64,000 nucleotides of DNA, taken from IMG/VR virus record IMGVR_UViG_3300025405_000009, positions 1 through 64,000 of that record; one strand, written 5' to 3'. Positions 54,973 through 64,000 of the stretch are shown one piece after another; the first letter of the stretch is position 1; the number at the start of each line of letters is the position of its first letter. Made by a program: the position numbers and the translations under genes. The notes under the pieces are model-generated. The model was not told the origin of the DNA and did not search any database. It saw only the letters and a program-made list of their open reading frames with translations. The DNA comes from a virus.

Positions 54973-57636
54973 TTAGGCTACGATCTCATTGAAGTTAGCA
55001 CTCGTCTGAGTTGCGTAGAAGTTAACTAAGATGAACTCTGCTGTTCTGACCGGCTTGAGGTAGATATCAACAATTAACTCATTTTGATCAATAACTGATG
55101 GTGTATTATTACGCTCATCGCAAACAATCAAGTAATCATACAACCCTTGTGTATTCTTTGCATAATCAAAGATAGGAGTGATTGTATTTACAAGGCGTGT
55201 GCGTGTGAAGAGCGTATTTGGCTCAAATACGAAGAACTGAGCAACATTATTTGTCTGTACTTCAAGAGTCAAGAACAATCTACGAACGTTAATACGATCG
55301 AAAGCACTTGGTTGCTTTAATGATGTCTTTTGACCGTAGATTACATATCCTTCATTAGGGAATGAAGCTACAGGATTAAGACTGATTGTATAAAGCTGAT
55401 CGCGTTCCTTTTGCTTTGGACTATAACCGATGTCAAGAACACCTGTTAAAACACCGCGTGTAAATCCTGCTGGAGCAAACCAAGGCTGGAAGTTACTATC
55501 TGTCTTAGCCATTGCCGAAGCAGCAAAGCCTGAGAATGGAACCCAAACTGGTTGTTGTGAAGCATTGTCATAAACCTGTACAACATTTGCATAAACTGCT
55601 GTATAGCTGTTGTTGAATGAAGCAAACTGGTTGCGTAATGGCCAGTAGAGGTTAAGTGCAAAGTTATTATTAGGATTAGCTAATGTCTTGACACCAGGTG
55701 CTTGACCTGTTACGAAGATATTTGTAAGAGGATCAGCGATGAAAAGGTGATCCTTACGAACATTAGCTGCAAAGTTAATAAAGTTCTGAGCTACAGAATT
55801 GTAGTTAGTTACAATAGGTGCTGGTGTTGTTGGATTTTGTGCCGTAAGATTAGCAACATCCGATCCAAGATATGGAATTGTATCATCAAAATAACCAGAT
55901 GTTGTTGGATTGAATGAGTTAGCGAAGATTGTACCTAATCCAGCTTCAGTTACAATTGATAACGGCCAGATAGATGGATCCTCAAGATAACCTAACATGG
56001 TCTGTACCTTTGTAGGTACACTACCAATTGTCTTAACTGAAAGATCTTGAGCTGAATAATCACCTAATGGATAAAGAGCATCTGTTGATCCAAATACACT
56101 TAAAACACTTCCGTATTGAGCTGATGTAGCGCCTGTACGTGTATAGAATGTATCATTTGATGTTGTAATGAGACCTGAAAGTGCTCCAGAATATCCACCA
56201 GTACCAATTGTATCACTAGCTAAGGGGTACTGACGTGAGTTGTTTAATAAGCGAACATTCTTATTTGGGAAGCCTGAAAGATTGAGCCAACCTGATGAAT
56301 ATTGTTGTGAGATATATGGATTAATGAATACCTGAATATTCTTAGAGTTGTTTTCAACATTTCCAATAAAGAAAGATTTTGGAATACCACCTGTTGAATT
56401 ATTTACTTGACGGTAATAATCAAATGAACCTGTATATCCTTCAGATAGAATATAATCAAGGGAAATTGTATTTGGTGAAAATACTGATTGACGAAGTTTA
56501 AATAAACCAAGAGTAATAGTGTCGTTAAAGTTGGATGGTGATATATCAAAAGTTGGAATTGTTTCCATTACTTGTGAAACACTACCATTTGTACCATAAC
56601 CGACTGCGGCAGATAATGGAAAGTTAAGTCTCTGTGAAGGAACAGTTGTAAAATTACCAGGTGTTACAGCTGACGCGTATGAATTAATAGTAAGAACATT
56701 ATTGATGTCATTAAACGGTGTAGAAGGATAAAGGTTTGAATTATCCATTAAACCAATATAGTTACCTTCAAAACGTGTATTAATGGCATTTTGAGATTGA
56801 TTAAGAATAATAAGACCAGCAGTACCAAATGCTGAGAGAACAGCAGGACTAAAAGTTGTTGTTGGTGGTTGTACTAATACTGAACTTAATGAAGGATTAG
56901 CTGATAAACCAACGTTACCACTATTAGAAACAACATATGAAGTACTTGGATCACTAGCACTAGCAGACCATGTAAATGCAGTACCATTTTGAATAGCAAG
57001 GAATTGCTGTTGAGTTAAACGAACGTGTGTTGGTGCACCAAATAAATACGTACCGTTTGTAATACCGAGATTTACTGATGTAACAGGCACAGTAACTGAT
57101 GTACCTGTAAGAGCTAAGAAAAAGTTAACGGCAGCTGCTGAAAGTGCTGAGTTACTTAAATTAGTTGTTTGTGCTGAAACGGTGTTCTGTAAAACATTAG
57201 GATATGCAGCATTATATGATGCTGAAAGACCTGGAACTATATAATTTGAGGAAAGACCAGCATTATAAGCTGAAAGATTAGCTAAAACACCTGTAGTACT
57301 AGTAATAATAGATACAACAGGATAAACAAGAGCACTATATTGACTTGAGTAATCAAGACCAGCTGCACTACCGTACGGGAGACGGTAAGCGACTACATTA
57401 GCTGGTGATTGAAATACTGCAGTAGCTGTCTGATAGAAGTAACGCTCGGCAGCATTTGTCGGTAAACCAAAAATTTGCTCCCATTCACTAAGAGAACTAA
57501 CTGTAATAGGCTCTGATGAAGGGCCCTTGGCAGCGAAACCAGGGATTAAAATAGTTGTTGGAGGTATGCCAGGTGCTCTTAAAGAAAGATCTACTTCGCT
57601 AATCTGTACGCCCGGGCTTTGTAGTGTAAGTGCCAT
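54973..57636 (-). CDS. gp18: tail sheath protein
   Basis: SPGVQISEVDLS, PWFAPAGFTRG, AFDRINVRRLF, KPVRTAEFI. Confidence 0.97.
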   Translation of the reverse strand: MALTLQSPGVQISEVDLSLRAPGIPPTTILIPGFAAKGPSSEPITVSSLSEWEQIFGLPTNAAERYFYQTATAVFQSPANVVAYRLPYGSAAGLDYSSQYSALVYPVVSIITSTTGVLANLSAYNAGLSSNYIVPGLSASYNAAYPNVLQNTVSAQTTNLSNSALSAAAVNFFLALTGTSVTVPVTSVNLGITNGTYLFGAPTHVRLTQQQFLAIQNGTAFTWSASASDPSTSYVVSNSGNVGLSANPSLSSVLVQPPTTTFSPAVLSAFGTAGLIILNQSQNAINTRFEGNYIGLMDNSNLYPSTPFNDINNVLTINSYASAVTPGNFTTVPSQRLNFPLSAAVGYGTNGSVSQVMETIPTFDISPSNFNDTITLGLFKLRQSVFSPNTISLDYILSEGYTGSFDYYRQVNNSTGGIPKSFFIGNVENNSKNIQVFINPYISQQYSSGWLNLSGFPNKNVRLLNNSRQYPLASDTIGTGGYSGALSGLITTSNDTFYTRTGATSAQYGSVLSVFGSTDALYPLGDYSAQDLSVKTIGSVPTKVQTMLGYLEDPSIWPLSIVTEAGLGTIFANSFNPTTSGYFDDTIPYLGSDVANLTAQNPTTPAPIVTNYNSVAQNFINFAANVRKDHLFIADPLTNIFVTGQAPGVKTLANPNNNFALNLYWPLRNQFASFNNSYTAVYANVVQVYDNASQQPVWVPFSGFAASAMAKTDSNFQPWFAPAGFTRGVLTGVLDIGYSPKQKERDQLYTISLNPVASFPNEGYVIYGQKTSLKQPSAFDRINVRRLFLTLEVQTNNVAQFFVFEPNTLFTRTRLVNTITPIFDYAKNTQGLYDYLIVCDERNNTPSVIDQNELIVDIYLKPVRTAEFILVNFYATQTSANFNEIVA

Positions 57637-57675
57637 ATAAAGTATTTATACTTTTTGGAAATTATTTTTTAAATT

Positions 57676-58275
57676 TTAGAGACCTTCTGCCCAATTTAAT
57701 GGCGTAACAATTAGTTGTGAGTATTCAAATGTGAAACTCGATTCTAACTCCGTTGCGTCTCTATAATTGTACTCTATACCATTTAAATTTGTAGGAAAAG
57801 CATCCGTATATTTGAATTCCATAATACGTTTATTGTATTCATCTAATGCAAAAATAGATAAAATTGCTTTATATTCATTATCAGGTGCAACAGGAAAAGG
57901 TACCAAATTATCTTGATCATATATACCTGTTTTAGCATTATTAAGTAAATCTAACCATTTATAAATTACCCAGTAATTTGAAAATCTATTATCAACAGTA
58001 AAGTTAACTGTAAGTGGATCGTATGGCTCACGGCTATAACTGGTTTGTGCAAATGTTTGACCAGCGTATCTCACACTAGCACTAGGTACTTTTATACTTG
58101 GTACTACAGATCCGTGTACAGCAAACTGTAATAAATCAAGATTTATATTATCTGCCCCATCTAAAAAACGTGAATTTATACGCCTTAATGCAGTTGGTAC
58201 ATTTAAAACAAGTGTAAACTTATCTTTTCTTGATAAGTTAAACGGACTCTGAATATAATCTACATTATTTGCCAT
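57676..58275 (-). CDS. gp3: tail tube terminator
   Basis: YDPLTVNFTVDNRFSNYWVIYKW, FKYTDAFPTNL. Confidence 0.8.
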   Translation of the reverse strand: MANNVDYIQSPFNLSRKDKFTLVLNVPTALRRINSRFLDGADNINLDLLQFAVHGSVVPSIKVPSASVRYAGQTFAQTSYSREPYDPLTVNFTVDNRFSNYWVIYKWLDLLNNAKTGIYDQDNLVPFPVAPDNEYKAILSIFALDEYNKRIMEFKYTDAFPTNLNGIEYNYRDATELESSFTFEYSQLIVTPLNWAEGL

Positions 58276-58278
58276 ATA

Positions 58279-60033
58279 TTATTGTAAAAAGTGCCAACCG
58301 TCTTGTCTACCTTGATTAAGAAATGACCAACCTTGTGATTCAAGATCAGCAATACCATTGTCTTTATCATCTTGGTCTCCTTGCATAATAATTGGTAATG
58401 GTGATATCATATCTTGATCTTTTTCGTTATTATAAGCAGATATTGGGTTTACAAAATATTTAATCCCGTAATCAAGCGCTTTAAGTTTAAGAGGACGTTT
58501 ATTATCATCAAGTTCAAGAATTTCAAAATAACGTTCAGTTATTTCATTTTCTAAACTCATAAGAGCCCAAATTAAACTCATTACTCTATCATCCCAATTA
58601 TCAGAACCAGGTTTAGCAGCCCATGTTCCATTAGGATATCTAACAAAATCACGTAATTCACCAAGAGTTTTTAAATCTTTTATACGAATTACATTGAGTT
58701 CATTGAGCCAATAACGCATATTAGTTACGCCTTTGTACTTTGTATTAGTATGTGCTACTATACCAATTTTATTAAAAACCTTATCTCCTGCTTTAACACC
58801 ATATGATACTAAATTTTCATATCCAAGAGTATTTCTTAATTGATCTACTACTTGAGCTCCACAATTATTGCGCTCGACTAAGGCCGGAGGTTTACCCCAA
58901 TGTTCTAAAATTTCATTTAATTTAGTCACAAAATTATAAGGACTAATATTACGATTATGATAGACAGCAACCTGTTCAATATTCTGTAAATTAGTAACAT
59001 CTAATATCTGGATAACTGAAGCTGCCTCACCTAATCCCTCAGAAACGTCAACACCTGCAACATAGAGCTTATCTTTATTTGGTTCATCCCACAAAAGATA
59101 ATGTCCTTCATCAAAAACAAACTTCGGTTCCTGACATTCTAATTTTAATTTATCAAAAAACTCTTCATCAACAGCACTCTCACCAGATTGAACAAACACA
59201 TTACCATATTCTTGATCAAATGACTCTCTACTTCCTAACTGTTTAATAGTATCATTCTTCCACTTCTCATCTCTGCCGGGTACTTCCCACCAATCTACAC
59301 GTTCTGGGTGCCATCTATTATGCTTTTCAGGATCTGTTTCAGTAGCCCCTTGATAGAGGTCATAAAATAGGTTATTAGTACCATTAGGCGTACTGGCTAC
59401 AAAAATCTTTGATTTTTTAGATGATGAAATAATAGGATATACAGATTCCCAGAAAGCCTCTACCATATGATTATCAATAAACGCTAACTCATCTAAAATA
59501 AGACAATTACAACTATCACCACGACCGGCGTCTGAACTCGTTGTACTAATACCAATACTAGATCCATTGGCAAATACTACAGATGTCTTACCCCATTCCA
59601 TTACACCTGGTTTTAAGTAATTAGGTAGTTTTTCATACGCCATTCTAATACGCTTAAGAATATTAATAGCCGTTTGCTCCTTGTTAGCAACAATAAGAAG
59701 ACGTTGGTCATCTTGAAAGCATGTAACCCAGAGAGCGTAAATTGTCATCATGGTAGTTTTACCAATCTGACGAGAAGCTAGAGTTATAACAAATCGATGA
59801 TCCCTTAAGCTTCTTAGAATACGTTTTTGAAAGTTATGTAATTGAATTTTTATTTTACCTTCATCGAGATTTGTAATATAAAAAAAGTTTTCAGCAAAGT
59901 ATAGTATATTGCGCTTACATTTAACTAAATGTTCTACCCACTCTGGATTTGATTCATAATCAAACTGTGCATCCTGAGTCGGTAAATTTTCATTACCTAG
60001 GTAAAATTGTTGTTTTTGTTTTTTAGTAGCCAT
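58279..60033 (-). CDS. gp17: terminase large subunit
   Basis: ASRQIGKTT, LILDELAF, GVDVSEG, DDRVMS. Confidence 0.97.
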   Translation of the reverse strand: MATKKQKQQFYLGNENLPTQDAQFDYESNPEWVEHLVKCKRNILYFAENFFYITNLDEGKIKIQLHNFQKRILRSLRDHRFVITLASRQIGKTTMMTIYALWVTCFQDDQRLLIVANKEQTAINILKRIRMAYEKLPNYLKPGVMEWGKTSVVFANGSSIGISTTSSDAGRGDSCNCLILDELAFIDNHMVEAFWESVYPIISSSKKSKIFVASTPNGTNNLFYDLYQGATETDPEKHNRWHPERVDWWEVPGRDEKWKNDTIKQLGSRESFDQEYGNVFVQSGESAVDEEFFDKLKLECQEPKFVFDEGHYLLWDEPNKDKLYVAGVDVSEGLGEAASVIQILDVTNLQNIEQVAVYHNRNISPYNFVTKLNEILEHWGKPPALVERNNCGAQVVDQLRNTLGYENLVSYGVKAGDKVFNKIGIVAHTNTKYKGVTNMRYWLNELNVIRIKDLKTLGELRDFVRYPNGTWAAKPGSDNWDDRVMSLIWALMSLENEITERYFEILELDDNKRPLKLKALDYGIKYFVNPISAYNNEKDQDMISPLPIIMQGDQDDKDNGIADLESQGWSFLNQGRQDGWHFLQ

Positions 60034-60053
60034 GGAGCATAAATACTTAGTAG

Positions 60054-61079
60054 ATGAATAAATCCCGTATATTTAACGAAGTCGGTGACCTTTATGAGGC
60101 ATCAATAATTAATGAAGGTAAGAGCCGTTTTCCAGTTCAAGCTCCAGGAATTGGAAAAGGTACCTTTGATTATCAAAAGAATAAAAAGGTAGTACCTGCC
60201 ATATCAAAAGGCACTAAAGCTTATGTACAACAAGATTCAGGTCCTGATCATGAAGGTGCAAAAACATTGCTTCCTGTAAAGCATGAAACTGATCCTGTCG
60301 CAGCTGTTGATGAGGATGGTAAGCTTTCTGTATACGACGGTGATAAGTTCACTACAGCAAGAAACCCTGAGTATAACTCTTACGTAAATAAAAAAGTTAA
60401 AAAGTTCAAGAAAATTCAAAAGAAGAGTATAAATAATTCTATGACAAAGTCTATTTTTGATAAACTATACGAAACTGTTATGAACGAGGAAGGAATTCCT
60501 GGTGATGACAACATTGAAGCCCATGATGCTAACGCACTCGATTTACCTGTTGATGGTGAAGGTGATGAAGTAACAATTACTCTTGATCGTGAAATGGCTA
60601 AGAAGCTCCATGAGGTTCTTATGACAGTTCTTGGTGACGAGTCAGCTAATGATGAGCATGAAGACGGCGGTGAAGATACCGAAGGTGAAGATGCCGAAGG
60701 TGAAGATAGCGAGTCCCACTACGGTGAGGCTACAGAGCTTGAAGAAGTTAAGATCCCTGGTACAGTCCATAAGGGCGGTAAGCATCCTTGGGAAGTTGGT
60801 CACAGCAACATCGTAAAAGGTGATGCTTCAAGTGACGTTGACGGTGAAGAGGGTGAAGGATCTGTTAACAACAAGGTTGACGGTAGCGGTAAGCCATTTG
60901 GTAAGCCAGAGCTTAGAAAGGGTGGTACAGCTGATACACAAAAGGTTCCAGCTAAGCCAACACCAGTTGACTCAAAGGTCTCAAAGAGCCTCGGTAAGAA
61001 TTTGTTTGCTGCAGCTAAGGGTAGCTATAAGGGATCAAATTCCGGTAACGTAGTACCTCGTGATTTCCGTAAGTCATAA
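60054..61079 (+). CDS. acidic prohead core/internal protein with in-frame internal start at 60441
   Basis: TAAATA at 60040 and TATAAATA at 60428 before MTKSIFDKLYE. Confidence 0.7.
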   Translation: MNKSRIFNEVGDLYEASIINEGKSRFPVQAPGIGKGTFDYQKNKKVVPAISKGTKAYVQQDSGPDHEGAKTLLPVKHETDPVAAVDEDGKLSVYDGDKFTTARNPEYNSYVNKKVKKFKKIQKKSINNSMTKSIFDKLYETVMNEEGIPGDDNIEAHDANALDLPVDGEGDEVTITLDREMAKKLHEVLMTVLGDESANDEHEDGGEDTEGEDAEGEDSESHYGEATELEEVKIPGTVHKGGKHPWEVGHSNIVKGDASSDVDGEEGEGSVNNKVDGSGKPFGKPELRKGGTADTQKVPAKPTPVDSKVSKSLGKNLFAAAKGSYKGSNSGNVVPRDFRKS

Positions 61080-61114
61080 TAAGTTAACACAGTAAATCAA
61101 AAATTAAAATTAGA

Positions 61115-61146
61115 AGACCCTAGTTGAAAGACTAGGGTCTCTTTTT
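61115..61146 (+). terminator. intrinsic terminator
   Basis: AGACCCTAGT-tgaaag-ACTAGGGTCT-cttttt. Confidence 0.9.
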
Positions 61147-61171
61147 GTACCTATTTTGTATAAATATCTGT

Positions 61172-61540
61172 GTGAAGAGCTTTAAGGATTTTATTAATGA
61201 ACAGCGTGGCTTATATGTTAATTATTACAAACCAAAAAACGGTGACGGTACATATGAACGCCGTGTAAGAAGAGATCAAAAGCCTGTACCAGGAATGAAC
61301 TTAGGAGGTAAGCATTCTTTTAGAATGGTTACAAAAGCTAAACAAGAGGAAAGTAAACATAAAGTTCCAAATGGTCCGGTATCTCAACAAGCTGCTGAAG
61401 AGATAGCTATGACTCATGGATTTAACTTAGCTACAATGGATGAAAATGGAAAGCGTCTTAGAGGTACAAATCCTCCAGAAATTCTTCTACCTAATCCTAA
61501 TAAACGTAGTCCATTTCCATACATTAAAAAAATAATCTAA
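61172..61540 (+). CDS. late protein with T4 CTS-like N-terminus
   Basis: TATAAATA at 61159, GTG start (M)KSFKDFINE. Confidence 0.7.
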   Translation: MKSFKDFINEQRGLYVNYYKPKNGDGTYERRVRRDQKPVPGMNLGGKHSFRMVTKAKQEESKHKVPNGPVSQQAAEEIAMTHGFNLATMDENGKRLRGTNPPEILLPNPNKRSPFPYIKKII

Positions 61541-62277
61541 TGAGTATTAATAGCTGTGATTTTTATACTGGTAATCCGACCCCTCAAATTTACCCTGGGT
61601 CCATAAACTATACAGATAATGGATGTATACGTTTTACTAATAAAACAAATAATTCTAATGAACGTATTATTCAATCAAATTATTGGCGTGAGCAAATAAA
61701 TCTCTACGGTCAACAGTGTTATTATTACGTTAATACTTTTAATCTATTATCAGCTGATAACCTATATGGTGAGCAACCAACACAACAATTTGCTCCACCC
61801 CTGCCCTTTATTATAGCATTAAACTTAAATGAAAATGCATTAATGCTTAGTAAGTATGGTCTATTATCGGAGGATGAAGTAACAGCTTTTGTTCATATTA
61901 GTTCTTTCTATGCGACGTTTAATGGTCTTGAACCCAAGTCGGGTGATGTATTTCAACTTACTGAATATGGTAACGATCGACCAGGTGGTAGAGATGGTAA
62001 GTATTTTGAAATAACAGAACGTCTCGATGAGGATGCTGCCACCATAAATCCTTTAGGTGGTCATTATGTTTGGTTATTAAAGGCTAAGAGATTTGAATGG
62101 TCATTTGAACCAGGTATTAAGGGTGATGCAGTTAATAATCAAGTATTCGATGATACACAAAGCACTACTGCATCAGGAGCTAATAAACCGTACGATTATA
62201 GTGCTGATGTAGCTTCAAAGCAAATTTTTGATTATTCACAAACTGATTACAGTAGTGTGTACGGCGGTTATTATTAA
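61540..62277 (+). CDS. gp14: neck protein
   Basis: EQINLYG, DNLYGE, LSKYGL, PKSGDVF, YFEIT. Confidence 0.88.
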   Translation: MSINSCDFYTGNPTPQIYPGSINYTDNGCIRFTNKTNNSNERIIQSNYWREQINLYGQQCYYYVNTFNLLSADNLYGEQPTQQFAPPLPFIIALNLNENALMLSKYGLLSEDEVTAFVHISSFYATFNGLEPKSGDVFQLTEYGNDRPGGRDGKYFEITERLDEDAATINPLGGHYVWLLKAKRFEWSFEPGIKGDAVNNQVFDDTQSTTASGANKPYDYSADVASKQIFDYSQTDYSSVYGGYY

Positions 62278-62534
62278 AGAGAAGTATTCTTTTGATAGAT
62301 GGTGTCGTAATCCGGTACAACTTCTTTTTTATGTGAAGCTATAAAACCATCTGCTTGACGGCCGGATTCAAATATCATTTCAACCCGACCACTACGACTT
62401 CCAAATATATATTTTAAACCGTTTTCAATAGCCGTAATACTTAAAATATTATATTGCTCCTTTATTTTGAATTTACTATCCCAATTATTTGTATGCTTTA
62501 ATACAACAAAACTGGTACCAATAATATAATGCAT
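62274..62534 (-). CDS. hypothetical protein
   Basis: 86 aa in tightly packed minus-strand run. Confidence 0.7.
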   Translation of the reverse strand: MHYIIGTSFVVLKHTNNWDSKFKIKEQYNILSITAIENGLKYIFGSRSGRVEMIFESGRQADGFIASHKKEVVPDYDTIYQKNTSL

Positions 62535-62535
62535 A

Positions 62536-62823
62536 TTAGATAGTTACTTCAGCTTCCTGTTTTTCTAGTTCATTAAGATCACTTTTCATTGATCCAAAAC
62601 GCTCCTCAATGTATTTTTGAAAAGCAAGTGGCTTAACCCAATCTACTTCTGCAGCTCCAACTACTGTTGAACGCTTTTTTAATTGCTCAACGCGCTTACT
62701 TACAAATTCAATTCCTTCTAAAAGACACAACCAACGAGAATATTCATCCTCTGTCATAGTGTGTGATTTTGCTTCTGTGTTAATTGTTATATATTTTTTT
62801 GATGATGGCGATTGCATACCCAA
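62536..62823 (-). CDS. hypothetical protein
   Basis: ORF, start uncertain. Confidence 0.65.
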   Translation of the reverse strand: MGMQSPSSKKYITINTEAKSHTMTEDEYSRWLCLLEGIEFVSKRVEQLKKRSTVVGAAEVDWVKPLAFQKYIEERFGSMKSDLNELEKQEAEVTI

Positions 62824-63235
62824 GCATTATGAATGAAACGCGCTTAACGTCAAGAATATTTTTTTGTTTATTTAAAATATCTGTGATACTACCAATTGCA
62901 TCCAAGCTAGTCTGCATACTTTTAATATTATCTAATATTGCTCTTTGAACCACTGGCTTTACATCATCAGAAATTGTACTTGTAATAACTGACTTAGATA
63001 ATGTATCACCATACAGTGATAAAAAATTTTTAATAATACTTCTTTCAGATTGTATATCTTTTTTAAAATATGCTCTGCCTTCTTCAACTGCAGAATAATC
63101 AGCTATAGGAACATTATGTCTAATAGTATCAACAATACTATCTACCTTAACTGTTGCTTCTTCTGATTTTGTATTAAAAGGATCTGATGACCCTGTTATA
63201 GAAGTTAGAGTATTGATACTATCAGGAATTTCCAT
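62780..63235 (-). CDS. hypothetical protein
   Basis: 151 aa. Confidence 0.7.
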   Translation of the reverse strand: MEIPDSINTLTSITGSSDPFNTKSEEATVKVDSIVDTIRHNVPIADYSAVEEGRAYFKKDIQSERSIIKNFLSLYGDTLSKSVITSTISDDVKPVVQRAILDNIKSMQTSLDAIGSITDILNKQKNILDVKRVSFIMLGYAIAIIKKIYNN

Positions 63236-63659
63236 TGGATATGCTTGTAAGAAGAGGTGCTAGAGCTGTCGTAGTATCTGTACTAATAATGGGTTCTGTT
63301 TGTAACGCTGTTTCGGCATTTATAAAAACTGAAATTGACTTCTCACAGTCACCACATTTATACATATTAACATCATTAAGACGAATAGGAACAAAATCTT
63401 TACGTTTCTTACTACAGGGGCACAATACTTCAAGTCCTTGATAACTGAATTCCTTTATACGTTCGTTTTCAAGTTGTTTATTTCTTAAAGTTATATACGC
63501 ATCTAAGGCTGAGACATAGCCATTATAAATTACAAATTGAAGTACAACAGCTATTAAAAATCCAATCCAAAACTTTACACCTAAAAGTGTTAAAATAAAC
63601 GCAAGTAACAAAGATACAGTTATTAGTGTAATTAAAGATGTAACAAGCCGTATATTCAT
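63222..63659 (-). CDS. 2-TM membrane protein with C-terminal CxC/CxxC
   Basis: Start moved to MNIRLV after TTGATT-17-TATTAT; CPCS...CGDC. Confidence 0.7.
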   Translation of the reverse strand: MNIRLVTSLITLITVSLLLAFILTLLGVKFWIGFLIAVVLQFVIYNGYVSALDAYITLRNKQLENERIKEFSYQGLEVLCPCSKKRKDFVPIRLNDVNMYKCGDCEKSISVFINAETALQTEPIISTDTTTALAPLLTSISNGNS

Positions 63660-63691
63660 TATTAATATAATAATACCAACAACTTGTAAAA

Positions 63692-64000
63692 TCAACGATC
63701 GTCGTTAGGATCAGCAATTTCTGTACTATCCTCACCAACTGTACGAATTACATTTTTTAGACAGCTCATTGAATCCTCTAGATGACTAATAATAGTAGAA
63801 ACTTCCTCTTCTAATTTTTTATCCTTTTTAACAATAGGTGCTTCTAATGCATTCTTAAAAGCATTTATGGAACCAACTGTGTTACTAATTAATTCACTTA
63901 ATATATTGGCAGCGTTTATTAATTGATAGGGTAAAACATTATCAGCTTTTGCAGTATTAGGGCTCTGATCAGTATCATAATCTTGACTTACAAGATCTTT
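63692..64000 (-). CDS. partial hypothetical protein (5' end outside window)
   Basis: Open frame KDLVSQDY...DPNDDR* to window edge. Confidence 0.65.
   Translation of the reverse strand, partial: KDLVSQDYDTDQSPNTAKADNVLPYQLINAANILSELISNTVGSINAFKNALEAPIVKKDKKLEEEVSTIISHLEDSMSCLKNVIRTVGEDSTEIADPNDDR

Larger units (their letters stand above)
27752..60050 (-). promoter_or_regulatory. T4-type late promoters (T/A)ATAAATA / TAAGTA ahead of structural genes
   Basis: TAAATA within ~6-25 nt of the start codon at 27752, 30404, 31076, 31753, 33322, 35108, 39753, 48246, 49531, 54291, 54939, 57636. Confidence 0.85.

Noticed and set aside
1-64000. tRNA genes, stop-codon reassignment, introns or inteins
   Set aside because: No cloverleaf with a T-loop consensus noticed; core genes (gp17, gp18, gp20, gp23) are full length and uninterrupted in code 11. 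A by-eye scan could miss a tRNA.

Overview
64-kb segment of a large, AT-rich T4-like (T4 superfamily) myophage, read in standard genetic code. Nt 1-8.4 kb is a hyperplastic early region. About 26 small orphan genes there each sit behind their own copy of a ~40-bp repeat (sigma70 promoter gcTTGAAG-N17-TATACT-aatagt) that is fused directly to ATG-AAA-A(A/T)T, so the mRNAs look leaderless. The region shows signs of cassette shuffling and contains an unannotated ~245-nt structured RNA with its own promoter and terminator. Nt 9-15.8 kb holds small membrane proteins, a block of late genes with shared N-terminal capsid-targeting-like motifs (one is a PD-(D/E)XK nuclease-like protein) and a phosphoribosyltransferase. 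A tail fibre and a lysozyme-less gp5 spike follow. Nt 23.9-27.2 kb is a 7-deazaguanine DNA-modification operon (DpdA3-like, PurN-like DpdN, DUF1599, NMP kinase, QueF). Nt 27.2-62.3 kb is the T4-type head, neck, baseplate, tail and terminase module, mostly on the minus strand under TAAATA late promoters, with a clamp loader and dUTPase inserted. All calls come from motif recognition by eye; no searches or folding programs were run.
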